From positions 1,984,001 to 2,048,000 of the forward strand of contig OX597838.1 in assembly GCA_951406725.2 (NCBI GenBank): DNA of 64,000 bases, read 5' to 3'. A program made the translations under genes and the position numbers. A model generated the notes under the pieces. The model was not told where the DNA came from and searched no databases. It saw only the letters and a list, made by a program, of their open reading frames with translations. Shown piece by piece: positions 39,773-53,613 of this stretch; position 1 is the stretch's first letter; every line of letters starts with the position of its first letter. This stretch comes from Octopus vulgaris (Eukaryota).

Positions 39773-41747
39773 TGCTGCTGTTTGTTGTATCTATTTTTGT
39801 GGTTGTTGTTGGTTTTGTACATTTTCTATTTGTTGCCTGTTTGATGCTGTTGCAGTTGTTGTTGTTGTTGTTGTTGCTGCTTTTGATATTGTTGTTGTTG
39901 TTGCCGGTGGTGGCAGCACTGGCGTTGCTGTTGCTCCGTTTGCTTTTCGTTATTGTTGATCTTGTTGTTATTGGTGGCGGTTTTAGTGGTATTCTCTCGT
40001 ACGTAACTGTTGTTGTTGTTGTTGTTGTTGTAGATGTTTTTGTTGTTATTTTGTTGTTGTTGATGGTGGTATTTGTCTGTGGGTGTAGTATGGCCTACAA
40101 AGTCATAAGTTCAATTCCAGAACGTAGCTTTTTCAGCCTACGCCATTTTCTATAGCCCCGGGTCGACTCGTATACAGCAAATGAAATGAAATAGACAGGA
40201 ATTTGGAGGATTATCTGTACCTGTAATTAGAAACGGTACAGGCTTATGCATTGTGTCACGCTGATACTAGCGAAGAATTACCTAAACTCTACCCATGTCC
40301 ATTTAGTATGCAGTCCTTTACAAGTTAAATCAAGGGCAAGTAATTTTGTTAAGCAAAGCATCGAATCCTCATCGTCGAGCGACGGAGAACCACCGGGATG
40401 TTTGTGAGTGTGTGGCGGGGTGGGTAAATGGTAGACTATCACGTGGGCTGGTACAAACCCATAGCAAACGGGATCATAATCACAGAACAACATCGACTGC
40501 AAGAAACCAACTTCTGGCGCCGCTACTCCGCCAAAAACCAGCAACAAGCACCAACCACCGCAACCACCATGTATAAATATGCCACATGTGAGAAACATGT
40601 GGACCAGAATTAGTTTGCACGTGCGCATGCGCATTTACTGCTAGATGACAATTCTGTGTGTAGCAAGGAAGGAAGACGGCTCATAAGAAACGGTATTGTG
40701 TTTGAAGCTGCTGTTGGCGTTGGTGGTGGTGGTGTGCCCCTTGTTGTTGTTGTTGTTGTTGTTTTGCTAGTGGTGGTGTTTTAACATGTTTGTTGCTGTT
40801 AGTGTTGTTAACATTGGTGTTTATATTCTTGACAATGCTGTCATTGCTGCTGCTGCTGCTGCTGCTGCTGTTACCGATTTTACTACTGTGATTGTTGTTG
40901 ATGTTCTTCTTGGTGACAATGTCATTGTTAATTTTGCTGATTTTGTTTTGTTAATTCCTTAATTGATTCAGTTCCATCGGGGCGGAAGTGAGGTCAGTTC
41001 GATTTAGGGTTTCTCTCCTAATTTTCTCCTTGTTGTTACAACAACTTTCGCGCGGGGTTTCGGGTGGGTGCGTAGACTCATTAAATCCTTGTACACAATG
41101 CCTTCGGCCAGATTCGAACCTAGTTAGCTTACGGATCTGTAATACGTGCAGCGTTTCTGCGGATTATATTCTGGGTTCAAACCCTGCCTATCAGAACTGT
41201 TGGTTTCATCCTGTTGGGAGTCGATAACTGAAATCACCAGTTGTGAACTGGGGTCCCTACACTCCACTAATACCCTCCTCACAATTCTTCTTTGCTTATG
41301 CTACAAACAATTCTTCTTCTTCTTCTTCTTCTTCTTCTTCTTCTTCTTCTTCTTCTTCTTCTTCTTCTTCTTCTTCTTCTTCTTCTTCTTCTTCTTCTTC
41401 TTCTTCTTCTAAATATTATTACCATTATTATTATTGAGGTGTTTGCGTTGACTTATTATTTACGATCTTCCTCTGGTTTCTCATCGTTATAATTATCTCA
41501 ATTCTCTTCTCCTCCTCCTTCTTCACGACTATCATTATCATCATCATCATAATCATTATTATTATTATTATTGTTATTATTATTATTCTATGAAAATATG
41601 TGTTGGTTATCCAGGGAAATTTTGTTTTTGGTTTTTGTTTCTGTTTCTGGCAGATTTACTGTTTATAATTCTTCATTATTTTTCACACTCTTCTTGTTGT
41701 TTATTTCTGGTTACTTTCTTACTGCTAATGTTGATGATGACGATGGG

Positions 41748-41797
<50 letters not shown>

Positions 41798-41805
41798 CAT
41801 TATTA

Positions 41806-41871
<66 letters not shown>

Positions 41872-41885
41872 TATTATTATTATTA

Positions 41886-41969
<84 letters not shown>

Positions 41970-42060
41970 GTGTTGTTGTTGTTGCTGTTATTATTATTAT
42001 TATTATATTATTATTATTATATTATTATTATTATTATTATATTATTATTATTATATATTA

Positions 42061-42128
<68 letters not shown>
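41748..42128. repeat. Long (ATT)n trinucleotide array
   Basis: Direct inspection; also at 42252-42302 and 63523-63597. Confidence 0.98.
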
Positions 42129-42249
42129 GTGTTGTTGTTTGTGTCGTTGTTGCTGCTGTTGTTGTTTTTCATATTCTTTCTGAATTAGTTGTTACTGTTA
42201 CAAAATTTGCTGCTTTTAGTATGGTTGTTGTTATTGTTGTTGTTGTTGG

Positions 42250-42304
<55 letters not shown>

Positions 42305-42613
42305 GACGTTACCGTTGTTGCTATTATTATTTTTGTTGTGGTTGTTGTTGTTGTTCTTAGTATTATTGATATTTTCATGACATTGCGGCAATGAAAGGGA
42401 TTTGTAGTGCTTGTAGCTTTTAGGTCTTGTTGCTTATAGTCGTTCTTGTTGTTATTGTAACGGTTGTTGTTTGTGTTGTTGTTGGTCTGGAGGGAATTTT
42501 ACATTTTATTATTGTTTTTGTCTGTTTATTTTGTGTGTTTGTAGCATTTTTATATGATTTCACTTTAATTCCGTTTTTTTTCTTTCTGTTCACTCTTTCT
42601 TTGATATATATGA

Positions 42614-42673
<60 letters not shown>

Positions 42674-43054
42674 ATATATATATATATCATATATATATCC
42701 ATATATATATATATAGGTATATATGCCCATCTGTGATGATGTTATAGCCTCAAAGATTAGCAAGAAATTACTACCTCCCTCCACTCACATATGTGTATAA
42801 ATGTGTGAGGGCATCTTGTGTGTGTATATATATATCTGTGTGTTACTGAAAGGTGGACTGAGTGGGGCAGGTATTAAATATACGGTAGTTGATACATACG
42901 CATTTCAAGTCAGTTATATAGACGTATGCATATATACACTCGCATAGTTATAAACTCAGTTACATATATACGTGCGTATGTATTAATGTACATATGCTAT
43001 GTATATATGTATATATATATATATATATATGAATATATATACATATATATATAA

Positions 43055-43115
<61 letters not shown>

Positions 43116-43270
43116 TATATATACATATATATATAAATACATATATATATATATATGTGTATATATATATATATATATACATATATATGCATGCATGTAT
43201 ATGTATATGTATCTCGTATATTCTTAAATAAAATCATCTAATACATATATCCACATCTTTATATATGTGC

Positions 43271-43315
<45 letters not shown>

Positions 43316-43669
43316 TATATGTATATATACGTATCATAAGCATATAGAAAAGCCCATAATATATATGATGTGAGTAATCATATTAATAAGTGTGAATGCT
43401 CGCTAAAAGTTTGGCTTTTAAAGATATTAAAGATGTGACGTTATACAAGTTAATATGAAATTATTTCTACAGTCGGAATTTTGATCTAAATTACCTCCCC
43501 CTCCGCCACCTCCCCCTCCGCATTCTCCTCTTCGCTTCTTTATGATTATTTATAATGTTAGTAATAACAGTGATGAACATAACAACATCAGCAACAACAA
43601 ATACAACAACTATAATAGTAATAATAATGATAATATTAACGTGAACAGCAGCAACAGTTATAATAATAC

Positions 43670-44185
43670 TAATCGGCACTGAACTCGCACGCAGTCGCAG
43701 TAGCTCCATATGGGGCTGGAATCTTAACATGGACAGCGGAGGAGCTAAAGGAGCTGGACAGAATGACAAGAAAGCTCTTAAGGATGCATGGAGCCCAGCA
43801 TCCACGTGCAGACCCTGATCACCTCTAGGAAGTGGATAAATGTGGAAGAGTGCGTTTGTATTGAACTCGAGAGCTTAATGAGATACCTATCCCAAAGTAA
43901 GGAGACCTCGCCAATGACGATTAGCAATGAGGGAGTATTGAAAGCAGAGAAAAAGGGGGTAACAAAGAAGGGCAAAAAAGGACATGGAGAAGAATTACGC
44001 AACAAGGGCCTACGAATCAATTCAGTATAGCCATAACGGAAGTTGCTGGAAAACAGAGCTGGAATTGGCTGAAGGAAGGAACAAGGAACTCTGAAAAAAG
44101 TGACTGAGAACACTATACAGGCAGCTTTGGCCACGAATTGGAGGTTCAACCTTAGGAATGAGCCAGTGTTTCCGCTGTGCTGCAT
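43670..44185 (+). mobile_element. R4/Dong-like (RLE-class) non-LTR retrotransposon ORF C-terminal remnant
   Basis: YGAGILTWTAEELKELDRMTRKLLRMHGAQHPRAD...VEECVCIELESLMRYL...GTLKKVTENTIQAALATN matches the post-RT region of R4/Dong elements. Frameshifted. Confidence 0.8.
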
Positions 44186-44187
44186 AG

Positions 44188-44370
44188 CAACTTAAACAAG
44201 GAGACAGTCCAGAAGAGTTGCAGCAGATTCTGAAGTCGTCTGGAGGCCATGGTTGAAGCGAATGGTGATTTTATTGAAGAAATCTACTCATTAATACTTC
44301 AAGATATTTTAAAGCAATTTTGGTAAATATATCTGCTAAAAGGAGATGTCATTGTTATTTTCATATTGTT
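44188..44370 (+). mobile_element. Tc1/mariner (maT/DD37D-like) 3' end
   Basis: NLNKETVQKSCSRF*SRLEAMVEANGDFIE is a typical C-terminus (ACxRFRxRLEAVxxAxGxxIE). Confidence 0.75.
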
Positions 44371-44374
44371 GCTC

Positions 44375-44530
44375 AATGCTCCAAATGAGGGGTAGACAGA
44401 CAGCCGACAACTGATGAAGGGTCGTTCTTTGTGATACTTGTCCTGTTTTCCATTATTTTTCTCTCGTTGTTTGCGTATTGAACTCATTTGTTTTCGTATT
44501 TCATGTTGTTTTCTGTTGGTGAAGTCCTGT
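44375..44530 (+). repeat. Interspersed repeat; second copy inverted at ~63600-63700
   Basis: GTAGACAGACAGCCGACAACTGATGAAGGGTCGTTCTTTGTGATACTTGTCC versus the reverse complement GGACAAGTAACACAAAGAATGACCCTTCATCAGTTGTCGGCTGTCTGTC at 63628-63676. Confidence 0.8.
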
Positions 44531-44531
44531 A

Positions 44532-44599
<68 letters not shown>

Positions 44600-44697
44600 C
44601 ATATCTATATATATAGATGTATATATATATATATTTATATATATATATATATATAAATATATATATACATGTATATATATGTGTATATATGTATATG

Positions 44698-44733
<36 letters not shown>

Positions 44734-45223
44734 AGTATATATATATATATATATATACATATATACACATATATACATATATATATATATGTATGTATGT
44801 ATGCATGCATGCATGTATGTATGTATGCCTATAGGGAACAGAACAGTTTGACTGAAATCCCGTGCCACTTAATATTTCAAAGCTTCTGACGGAACCTATC
44901 GGGCCAGTTGAAATTCGGATAAAAGTAGAGGTGTAGGAAATCCAAGATGGCCACCTGTATATGAGCTGCAATTAGTCAAGGAAGGTCACGCAGTATCACA
45001 GTTTTGACATTGGTAGATCAGCGACAACAGTTCCTTGTGAAACAGGTCGCGTGGAGAACAGAAAATGAACTGTGTGGCTGAGACCAGTGGTTGGGACCGT
45101 GTGTGAGTATGTGTGTGTGTGAATGTGATTTTGCGGATGTGCGAACGCGTGCTAAAATTGACTGTGTATGTATTTGTATGTATGTGTGTTAAGTGCGTAT
45201 ATGTGTGTGTGTGTTTGTGTGTG

Positions 45224-45290
<67 letters not shown>

Positions 45291-45343
45291 TTATCTATCT
45301 AACTATCTATCTATCTATCTATATGTGTGTGTGTTTGTGTGTG

Positions 45344-45390
<47 letters not shown>

Positions 45391-47991
45391 ATGTGTGTTT
45401 GTTTGTGTGTGTATCTATCTATCTATCTATTTATCTGTATGTGTGTGTGCGTGCGTGCGTCAGACGGCTTCCTGTATTTGAACAATCCTTTGATGCACAG
45501 ATAACAGGTGAAATGAGGGAATTCTTGTAAATACTTCCAAGGCTGGGTATATAAGGAACCAATTTAAGGGCTCGGGTTGAATTCCTACTTTTGTTGGACA
45601 CTTATTGTGAATGTCTAGTGTTGATTGAGGTAGACATTGTTTGAAGATAAAATGGAATTTTGAAACGTGTTGGTGCCATTTTAAAAGAAAGGAAGATTTC
45701 TGGAGAAAATATATTATTCGTGATGAGAATGCAATGAGAGGGAAGCCCTGCCTGGTTTACAACTGGAAAGAATTAAAACAGGAAGAACATATTGGATTGT
45801 GTTGTTGTAGCAAAAATAGGGGCTAGTCACGCTGGAACATCTTTGATTATGAATGAGAATGTCTTGGCGTGAAACACAAATGGCAACTACAACAATGAAT
45901 AAAAAAAATAATAACGACAACAACAGCAACAACAACAATGCTATTGATGCCATCTGAATGCTTTGTGCAGTTGTTCTGTTTGAAGGAGAGTTGTAGGTTT
46001 CTAAAGAATTATTAAAGACATTTCCGATATTCCATTGTGAAGGTCAAGCAATTACATTCAAGCTCACTCGATGATGGATCTTTATTAAAATGGTGCGTCT
46101 TTTATTCTGGAATTTATAATGAAAAATCTGAAGAGAAATTAGAAATGGTTTGAAAAGTTTCTCACCAAAATCAATAAATTTGTTTTGTCTTCTGTTGTTG
46201 AAAATGTGAATCCTTCAAAGAATTCCTTCATTTGGTAAAGTTCCTGCAATTAATCACAGATTAATATGGATGTTGCATAGCTTCGGATCACGACTGATCC
46301 ACGCGAAATATCGTTAAATATGTTCCAGCAGCGACTAACACGGTTTAATACGTTCCCGTTGTTTAGGTTTTCACGGAGGGAAAAAAGCACAATGCATGGC
46401 TAATTATATTTGCGGACAACAACTTCTTTTTATAACATGGAGAGGGAAGATATTTATCATTAATCATGACCTTTGTAGGTTATAACAGACTGATATGATT
46501 GAGGTGAGTGATGTGACTCACAACTGTATGAAAATATCTGATGGAGGATTGAGTGAAATGTTGTCGATGTAGGAAACCAATATTTGGTCTAACTCTCTGC
46601 CACATTAATCACAGCCAATCACCACCAGTTGGTGTTACCCAGGGTGGCGTTTTAGCGGGGTGTTTGTTTAAGCAATTTGAAAATTAACCATATAAAGCCT
46701 CTACACCAACAAATAGGATTTTTTTTCTCTTGGCAAAGAACTGATCAGTAGAATTAGAAAATGGTCGTAAATTTTCTGCGACGACACAAAATATTTCGGC
46801 AAAAAGCGATAAATTACATTTTATTCTTTGACAAAGTTATATATTGGAAGAGAGAGACATTTTAGAACTTTCTAGAACTAGGAAAAATAATTAATCATTA
46901 AGAAAGATATTTCGTTTCCACATTTGGAAATTAGCAGTTAATGATTGCTTCCACGAATGTTTGCTGTGTTTTATATTATTGTTTGTTTATACGTTCCGAA
47001 GTGTCTATTAGCTCTCTCAAATCATTAGACGGTGATAGAGAGACTGAGAGTGACGTCATATCACGTGGGACCTCATAGAATATAGATTTATTAAATTCCG
47101 GACATGTGAAGAGACGGCGAAAAATGCACAGGATACATACATATATATATATGGATAGAGAGATAGATATACCTAGATAGATTGATAGATAGATAGATAT
47201 GTATGTATATATATATGTGTGTGTACACTAAAGACAGACTCATAAACAATGGCATATAGAGTTATTGCATATACATGTATACACAATACTGCCATACACA
47301 AATATATAAATATACATAGACATACAAGGCTACACATACACGCAGACAATGATCACATATAAACACATGCACACATCTATCTATATATATGTGTGTGTGT
47401 GTGTATACATATACGTGTACCCACTTCTACATACACATATAATAATCATACACATAAGCATACCGAGACACATAATAATCATATATACAAATATATATAT
47501 ATATATATATACCTACACACACACACACACATATGCGTTCCTCTACTTACACACACAATAATGCCAAATACAAACATACACACATAGCTGTGTATACACA
47601 TATACATACGCACAGTAATTGCACGTACAAACATATACATACGTAGAGGCTTATGCGCACACTTTGACTCTTCCAGAACTGTTTGTTCTGATTTACCATT
47701 CCCATGGTTCCCAGTATGACTTCGAAACGTTATCATAGAATTCTATAGAAAAAGTGCTGGTATTAGAAAACTTTTCAGCCATCCATTTAATTGTGTATTC
47801 TGTGCAGATGGCATCTTGATGGTTGACGTCGGGTGGCGGGTAGGGTGGTGGCCTTGGTGGCGGTGTTGGGGGTGGTGGGGAGAGGTCTCCTAGTGCCAGA
47901 TGTTGACAGTCGGTTATTTACGTAGTTAGTGAAGCAGATTGTTAGAGGGACAGACAGACAGAACGATAGATAGAGAGACAGACAGACAGAT

Positions 47992-48084
<93 letters not shown>

Positions 48085-48113
48085 CAGGCAGGCAGGTAGA
48101 TACAGACAGACAA

Positions 48114-48166
<53 letters not shown>

Positions 48167-48543
48167 TAGGCAAAGAAGCATTGCCTGGCAGATAGGTAGA
48201 CAATCAGAGGGACAGATGGGTAGATGGAGCGATAGCTTGAAGCCTCAACGTATCGATAGATAGATAGACACTCAAACAAATAGATTATGAGATAAATAGA
48301 TAAGCTGAGAGATGGATAGATTAACAACTATATCCATACATACACAGACACACACGTGCACATACAAACAGACAGGGAGATACAAATACGCAGATTGAAA
48401 GAGGAAAGTCAGGAAAGGTAAAGAGAGAAAGGTAAATGAAAAGAAATTAAACTAGCTTAACGGATAATAAGAGACAATGAGAGTCAATTAGTTGTATACA
48501 CACAAGATGGCAAGCACATATACACACAACCTATCATACATTG

Positions 48544-48581
<38 letters not shown>

Positions 48582-49143
48582 TCGCAATAGCAACATCAAC
48601 TAAAATATCTCGATGTTTACCAATGGAAGCTTTATTAACTGCAAATTACTGAAGTCTAATCACCATACAGAGACGACACATGTGGTACAAAGCCGGAAAG
48701 TAACCACGGGTTGAGCGGTAAACAATTTTCTGTTAGCTATTCTCATGATCTCTCGCTGTTGAAGACAAAACGCGTCGGCGTCAGTTTGCCACTGGAATCG
48801 TTTTATTCGAAAAGAGAAATGAAAGCAGAACATTGTTGACGAAATGTTAATGGATTTAGTAATTACGTTAATGGATTTTTTGTAAATTAAACAAAGAACT
48901 AACGATGAAAATTTCAGTTCAAACTCACTCCTGAGGACGACATGCTTGAATAAAAAGCTGTTCCCTATAGACACACACACACACACACACATATGCAGAC
49001 GCACGCACGCGCAAACACACACACACGCTCGCCCATATACACATATATACACGCACACACAGGCACACACACTTATGTATGCATACACACACACAGACAC
49101 ACACACACACGCACACGCACGCACACACACACACACACACACG

Positions 49144-49221
<78 letters not shown>

Positions 49222-49227
49222 ATATAT

Positions 49228-49385
49228 ACGACGGGCTTCTTTCAGTTTCCGTCTACCAAATGCATTCACAAGGCTTTGGTTGGCCCGAGGCTATAGTAGA
49301 AAACACTTAACCAATGTTCCACGCAGTGGGACTGAACCCGGAACCATATGTTTTGGAAGCAAGTTTCTTACCACCCAGCCACGTA
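49228..49385 (-). mobile_element. 5' half of the 51132-family SINE
   Basis: CGACGGGCTTCTTTCAGTTTCCGTCTACCAAAT..GCAGTGGGACTGAACCCGGAACCAT. Confidence 0.88.
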
Positions 49386-49396
49386 TACGCCAACAC

Positions 49397-49431
<35 letters not shown>

Positions 49432-49454
49432 TATAGATATGTATGTATGTATGC

Positions 49455-49640
49455 ATGGATGGATGGATGGATGGATGGATGGTTGGATGGATGGATGGAT
49501 GGATGGATGGATGGATGGATGGATGGTTGGATGGATGGATGGATGGATGGATGGATGGATGGATGGATGGATGGATGGATGGTTGGATGGATGGTTGGAT
49601 GGATGGATGGATGGATGGATGGATGGTTGGATGGTTGGAT
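49455..49640. repeat. (GGAT)n microsatellite
   Basis: Direct inspection. Confidence 0.98.
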
Positions 49641-50085
49641 GCACATATGTGGATGGTATCGTTTCAGATTATGGCTTTCCTATATTTCTGCATCTATACA
49701 GCTTATATGGAGAAAAAATATTTAAGGAGTTGATATCCTAATACAAAAATACAAGCATGTATGTATACAAACACACACAAGCGCGTATATATATATATAT
49801 GTATATAAGTGTTTGTGTGTGTGTGAAGAATGCTGCTAGTTGATAGAAAACTAAATATTGGTACCAATAATTTGATTTCTGTCAGTATTTCTAATGTTAT
49901 GAGCCTCATGTCCTTCAGCCGAACTCCAAACAGAGGCAGATTTATTGTTAAATGTGTGATATCTGGATGGTATGATAAGACACACGTGGTGCGGATATTG
50001 ACACTAAGTCTTATGGTGACGTGTTGTGCATGCCAAGCACATCATAGAACATAGGTGCGAGTATATACACACGCACACACACACA

Positions 50086-50119
<34 letters not shown>

Positions 50120-50209
50120 TGTATACGTATATGCATACATGTGCACACACATATATAAGTATAGATCTACATATATACATATATACATAGGCATATATAT
50201 GTGTGAGAA

Positions 50210-50268
<59 letters not shown>

Positions 50269-50355
50269 AAATATATAAAGATATTACTGGCGAACAGTAG
50301 TATTATTAGCAATTCAAGGCATGAACCGTGCAGGCAAGTTAAGGAATATATATAT

Positions 50356-51128
50356 AGTAATTCAGATTCAGTCGAATTAGGTACTTAAGCTGAAAAAGCA
50401 CCAAGTCAGTCCTCCGGTATTATCTGCACAGCTCGAAGTAAGGTGAATAACATCGAAATAAGTAACAGGATATCAAGTAGTAATGCAGTACGATGGTTTC
50501 AAGCGGCAACATTTAATTGAACAATGCAATCATAACATCAATTTAAATACAGCGCTATCTTCAGCTGCACAAATATCGAACGTCAACAGACAAGATACAT
50601 TAATATAATTCTTATTAGATATTTTAACAGATCTAGAGGATGGAGTAAATTTCTGTGGCTATTGTAGCAGGATTAGCTTAGAGAACAGACTATAATTTTT
50701 TTAGAGTGGCATCGAACACAGTGTGGGTCATAGGGTTGTAGCTCATTTCCAATTTATCTATCTCTTTATTATCCCTTTATCATTAACGAATATCTGAGAC
50801 TAGAAGACTGTATATATTTAGAATAAAGAGCAAAGGGAGTTGGCAGCTTATGGCTAGCTATTGATCATAAATATTTTTCACAGGTTCCCCTCTCTCACAA
50901 GAAAAAGGAAGTAAAACTTCAGAAAGAGTCAGTTAGATAGAGATCTATAAAAGAGGTGGGGTAAGGTGAAATTAATTCATGGTGCTGTTATTAATTAAAG
51001 GAACAAACCCTATGAAATATGGGAAAATATGAGATTTGGGAAAATATTAGGAGCCCAGTGGGAGAACGTTTATAAACAACACCATTGTGTTGAATAAAAT
51101 TTAAATAAATTTTTTTTAAATATTCTAG
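50356..51128 (-). mobile_element. Penelope-like RT remnant plus terminus-like 3' segment ending in (TA)n
   Basis: Minus strand LEYLKKIYLNFIQHNGVVYKRSPTGLL..PPLL resembles the PLE RT core (L..CL...YFxFNGxxYKQ..GSPLG). A half-HHR GCAG-CTGAAGA-TAGCGC lies at ~50552-50568. Confidence 0.5.
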
Positions 51129-51131
51129 AAA

Positions 51132-51530
51132 GGCGCAGGAGTGGCTGTGTGGTAAGTAGCTTGCTAACCAACCACATGGTTCCGGGTTCAGTCCCACTGC
51201 GTGGCATCTTGGGCAAGTGTCTTCTGCTATAGCCCCGGGCCGACCAATGCCTTGTGAGTGGATTTGGTAGACGGAAACTCAAAGAAGCCCGTCGTATATA
51301 TGTATATATATATATGTATGTGTTTGTGTGTCTGTGTTTGTCCCCTAGCATTGCTTGACAACCGATGCTGGTGTGTTTACGTCCCCGTCACTTAGCGGTT
51401 CCACAAAAGAGACCGATAGAATAAGTACTGGGCTTACAAAGAATAAGTCCCGGGGTCGATTTGCTCGACTAAAGGCGGTGCTCCAGCATGGCCGCAGTCA
51501 AATGACTGAAACAAGTAAAAAAAAAAAAAA
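51132..51530 (+). mobile_element. Full-length tRNA-derived SINE with poly(A) tail
   Basis: GGCGCAGGAGTGGCTGTGTGGTAAG (A box), GGTTCAGTCCC (B box), CORE-like CTTGGGCAAGTGTCTTC, internal (TA)/(TG) run, 3' GGGGTCGATTTGCTCGACTAAA..GAAACAAGT(A)n. Confidence 0.93.
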
Positions 51531-51626
51531 GTGATATAGCTTAAAAACAAGGATGGTGAAAAACGGGCAGTGAATACAAATTATAATTCTTACTTCCTCG
51601 AAGCGCGCAAAGAGGATGGCAGATAA

Positions 51627-51667
51627 CTTAGTATCGATTTCGGGACTTGTGTCCTTCATCAGCCAAG
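51627..51667 (-). ncRNA. Minimal type-I hammerhead ribozyme motif with palindromic stem III
   Basis: Minus strand CTTGG-CTGATGA-AGGAC(ACAA)GTCCC-GAAA-TCGA-TA|CTAAG: stem I 5 bp (1 G-U), stem II GGAC/GTCC, stem III palindrome ATCGAT, AUA cleavage triplet. Confidence 0.75.
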
Positions 51668-51683
51668 GAATTTTGTACAGATA

Positions 51684-51780
<97 letters not shown>

Positions 51781-51821
51781 ATATATGTGTGTATGTATTT
51801 ATGTATATATATGTATGTAAG

Positions 51822-51848
<27 letters not shown>

Positions 51849-51852
<4 letters not shown>

Positions 51853-51970
51853 TAGGTTGGCAACCTAGTTGCCACCGTTTTTTAAAATTTAAATATTCTA
51901 AAAGGTTCAATAAAAAAAAATAGCAACTAATCAATCAATTACGTATTCACCCTTGTTGTTTTGATTTATG
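51849..51970 (-). mobile_element. mariner 3' terminus
   Basis: TA|TTAGGTTGGCAACCTAGTTG is a mariner-like TIR. The minus strand ends ..QNNKGEYVID*, the typical mariner C-terminus. Confidence 0.65.
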
Positions 51971-52449
51971 ACTTTCGTTTTTATGTTTCGTTTCTTACGG
52001 AATGGTCAGAGTTCTGATTCTGAATTAATTGTGGGTCGGTGCCAAAGTTGCCGAAATAGGGTTTCCTACGGCGTTGCAGTACGACCAAGAATTTCGTGAA
52101 GCCCCGGGTTCAATCACTCAGCATGACATCTTGGTCGAATGTCGAAGGAAACTGCATGGAAGCCCTCAGATTGATTGCACTCATAATTCCAAAGGTACAA
52201 ACTAATCACTCATTCTCTGTCTAGGTGATTCTACCTGAGATTATTGTGTCTAGGGAATACTCAGCCACATGTAAATTCAGGAGCAGGTAACTCTATTGAT
52301 CTCACAACATAGTCCTCATCGTCTAACGACGAAGGACCGTCCGCGGGCAGATGTCTTTCATTGTATTGTGTTTACAGTATATTTGTATTGTGTTTACAGT
52401 ATATTTGTATGTGTGTATGTGTGCATGTGGATGATTATGTGTGTGTGTT

Positions 52450-52482
<33 letters not shown>

Positions 52483-52629
52483 GTCTATATATACATATAT
52501 ATATATGTGTGTGTGTATATATAATTTATATATATATACATATATACATATGCATACACAGACACACACACACAGACATATATATATAAACATATATGTA
52601 TGTGTGCGTGTATGTGAGTCTGTGTGCGC

Positions 52630-52671
<42 letters not shown>

Positions 52672-53373
52672 TTATTGTTACACTCCTGTGTTTATATGTA
52701 TTTGTATGAATGCTAATGTGTGTGTGTGTGTGTGTGTGTGTGCGTGCGAGGACGCCAGTAAAAAGGAGGGAGAGTGAGAGGAAGAAGTTATAGGTCCGCT
52801 CCTGGAAATCGTTAGAGACTCGAGTTCAAGGGATCGAGTGGGATAGCATCCCCACCCCCATCCATCCACCCACATATGCTCTCACACATGCGTACGTACA
52901 CTTAGGCACACACAGAATCATACACCCATACACACATATACTCACGCACACACACACACATACAACAATGACAGCAACAACAACATCAACGAACCAATCC
53001 CCATCACCTGTCAACATGTTAATTAACACAAAATTTTAATCAATTAACTAAACATTTACTGTGATAATAGTCTTGTAATTTGTCACCATGGCAACCCCAA
53101 TGGCCAGCCTCATTCTCATTGTTTATATTTGTAGAATTTTAAAAATGTTATTCAAATGTTTTTCTTGGCAATTTCCCAAACTGTATAATTTAGGGAATAT
53201 AATATAATCGTGAGGGGTAGAGGGGGGGAGGAGTAAGAGTGTTGAGGTAGGGGGAGGTCGATGGGTACAATGCCTTGCGGTGTGTAGTTCCGTCCTTGCT
53301 AAGATCATAAAGCAGGTTCAGTTCCTCCAGGCGACACCTTGGGCAAGTCTTTTTTAACATAGTGCTCCAGGAA

Positions 53374-53613
53374 GGTGGCGAGCTGGCAGAAACGTTAGGA
53401 CGCCGGGCGAAATACTTAGGGGTGTTTCGTCTGTCGCTACGTTCTGAGGTCGATTTTGCCTTTCATACTTTCGGGGTCGATAAATTAAGTCCCTGTTACG
53501 CACTGGGGTCGTTGGAATCGAATTAATTCCTTTGTCTGTCCTTGTTTGTCCCCTCTATGTTTAGCCCCTTCAGGACAATAAAGAAATAAGAAACGTTAGC
53601 ACGCCGGGCGAAA
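53374..53613 (+). mobile_element. MetaSINE nested in an older 51132-family SINE (~53270-53850)
   Basis: GGTGGCGAGCTGGCAGAAACGTTAG..GCCTTTCATACTTTCGGGGTCGATAAATTAAGT. Host SINE motifs CCTTGGGCAAGT precede it and ACCAATGACTTG..GTTCGGCAAAA..GAATAAGTAC follow it. Confidence 0.85.

Noticed and set aside
44410-44440. CTGATGAAGGG in the 44375/63650 repeat
   Set aside because: No downstream GAAA or NUH arrangement.
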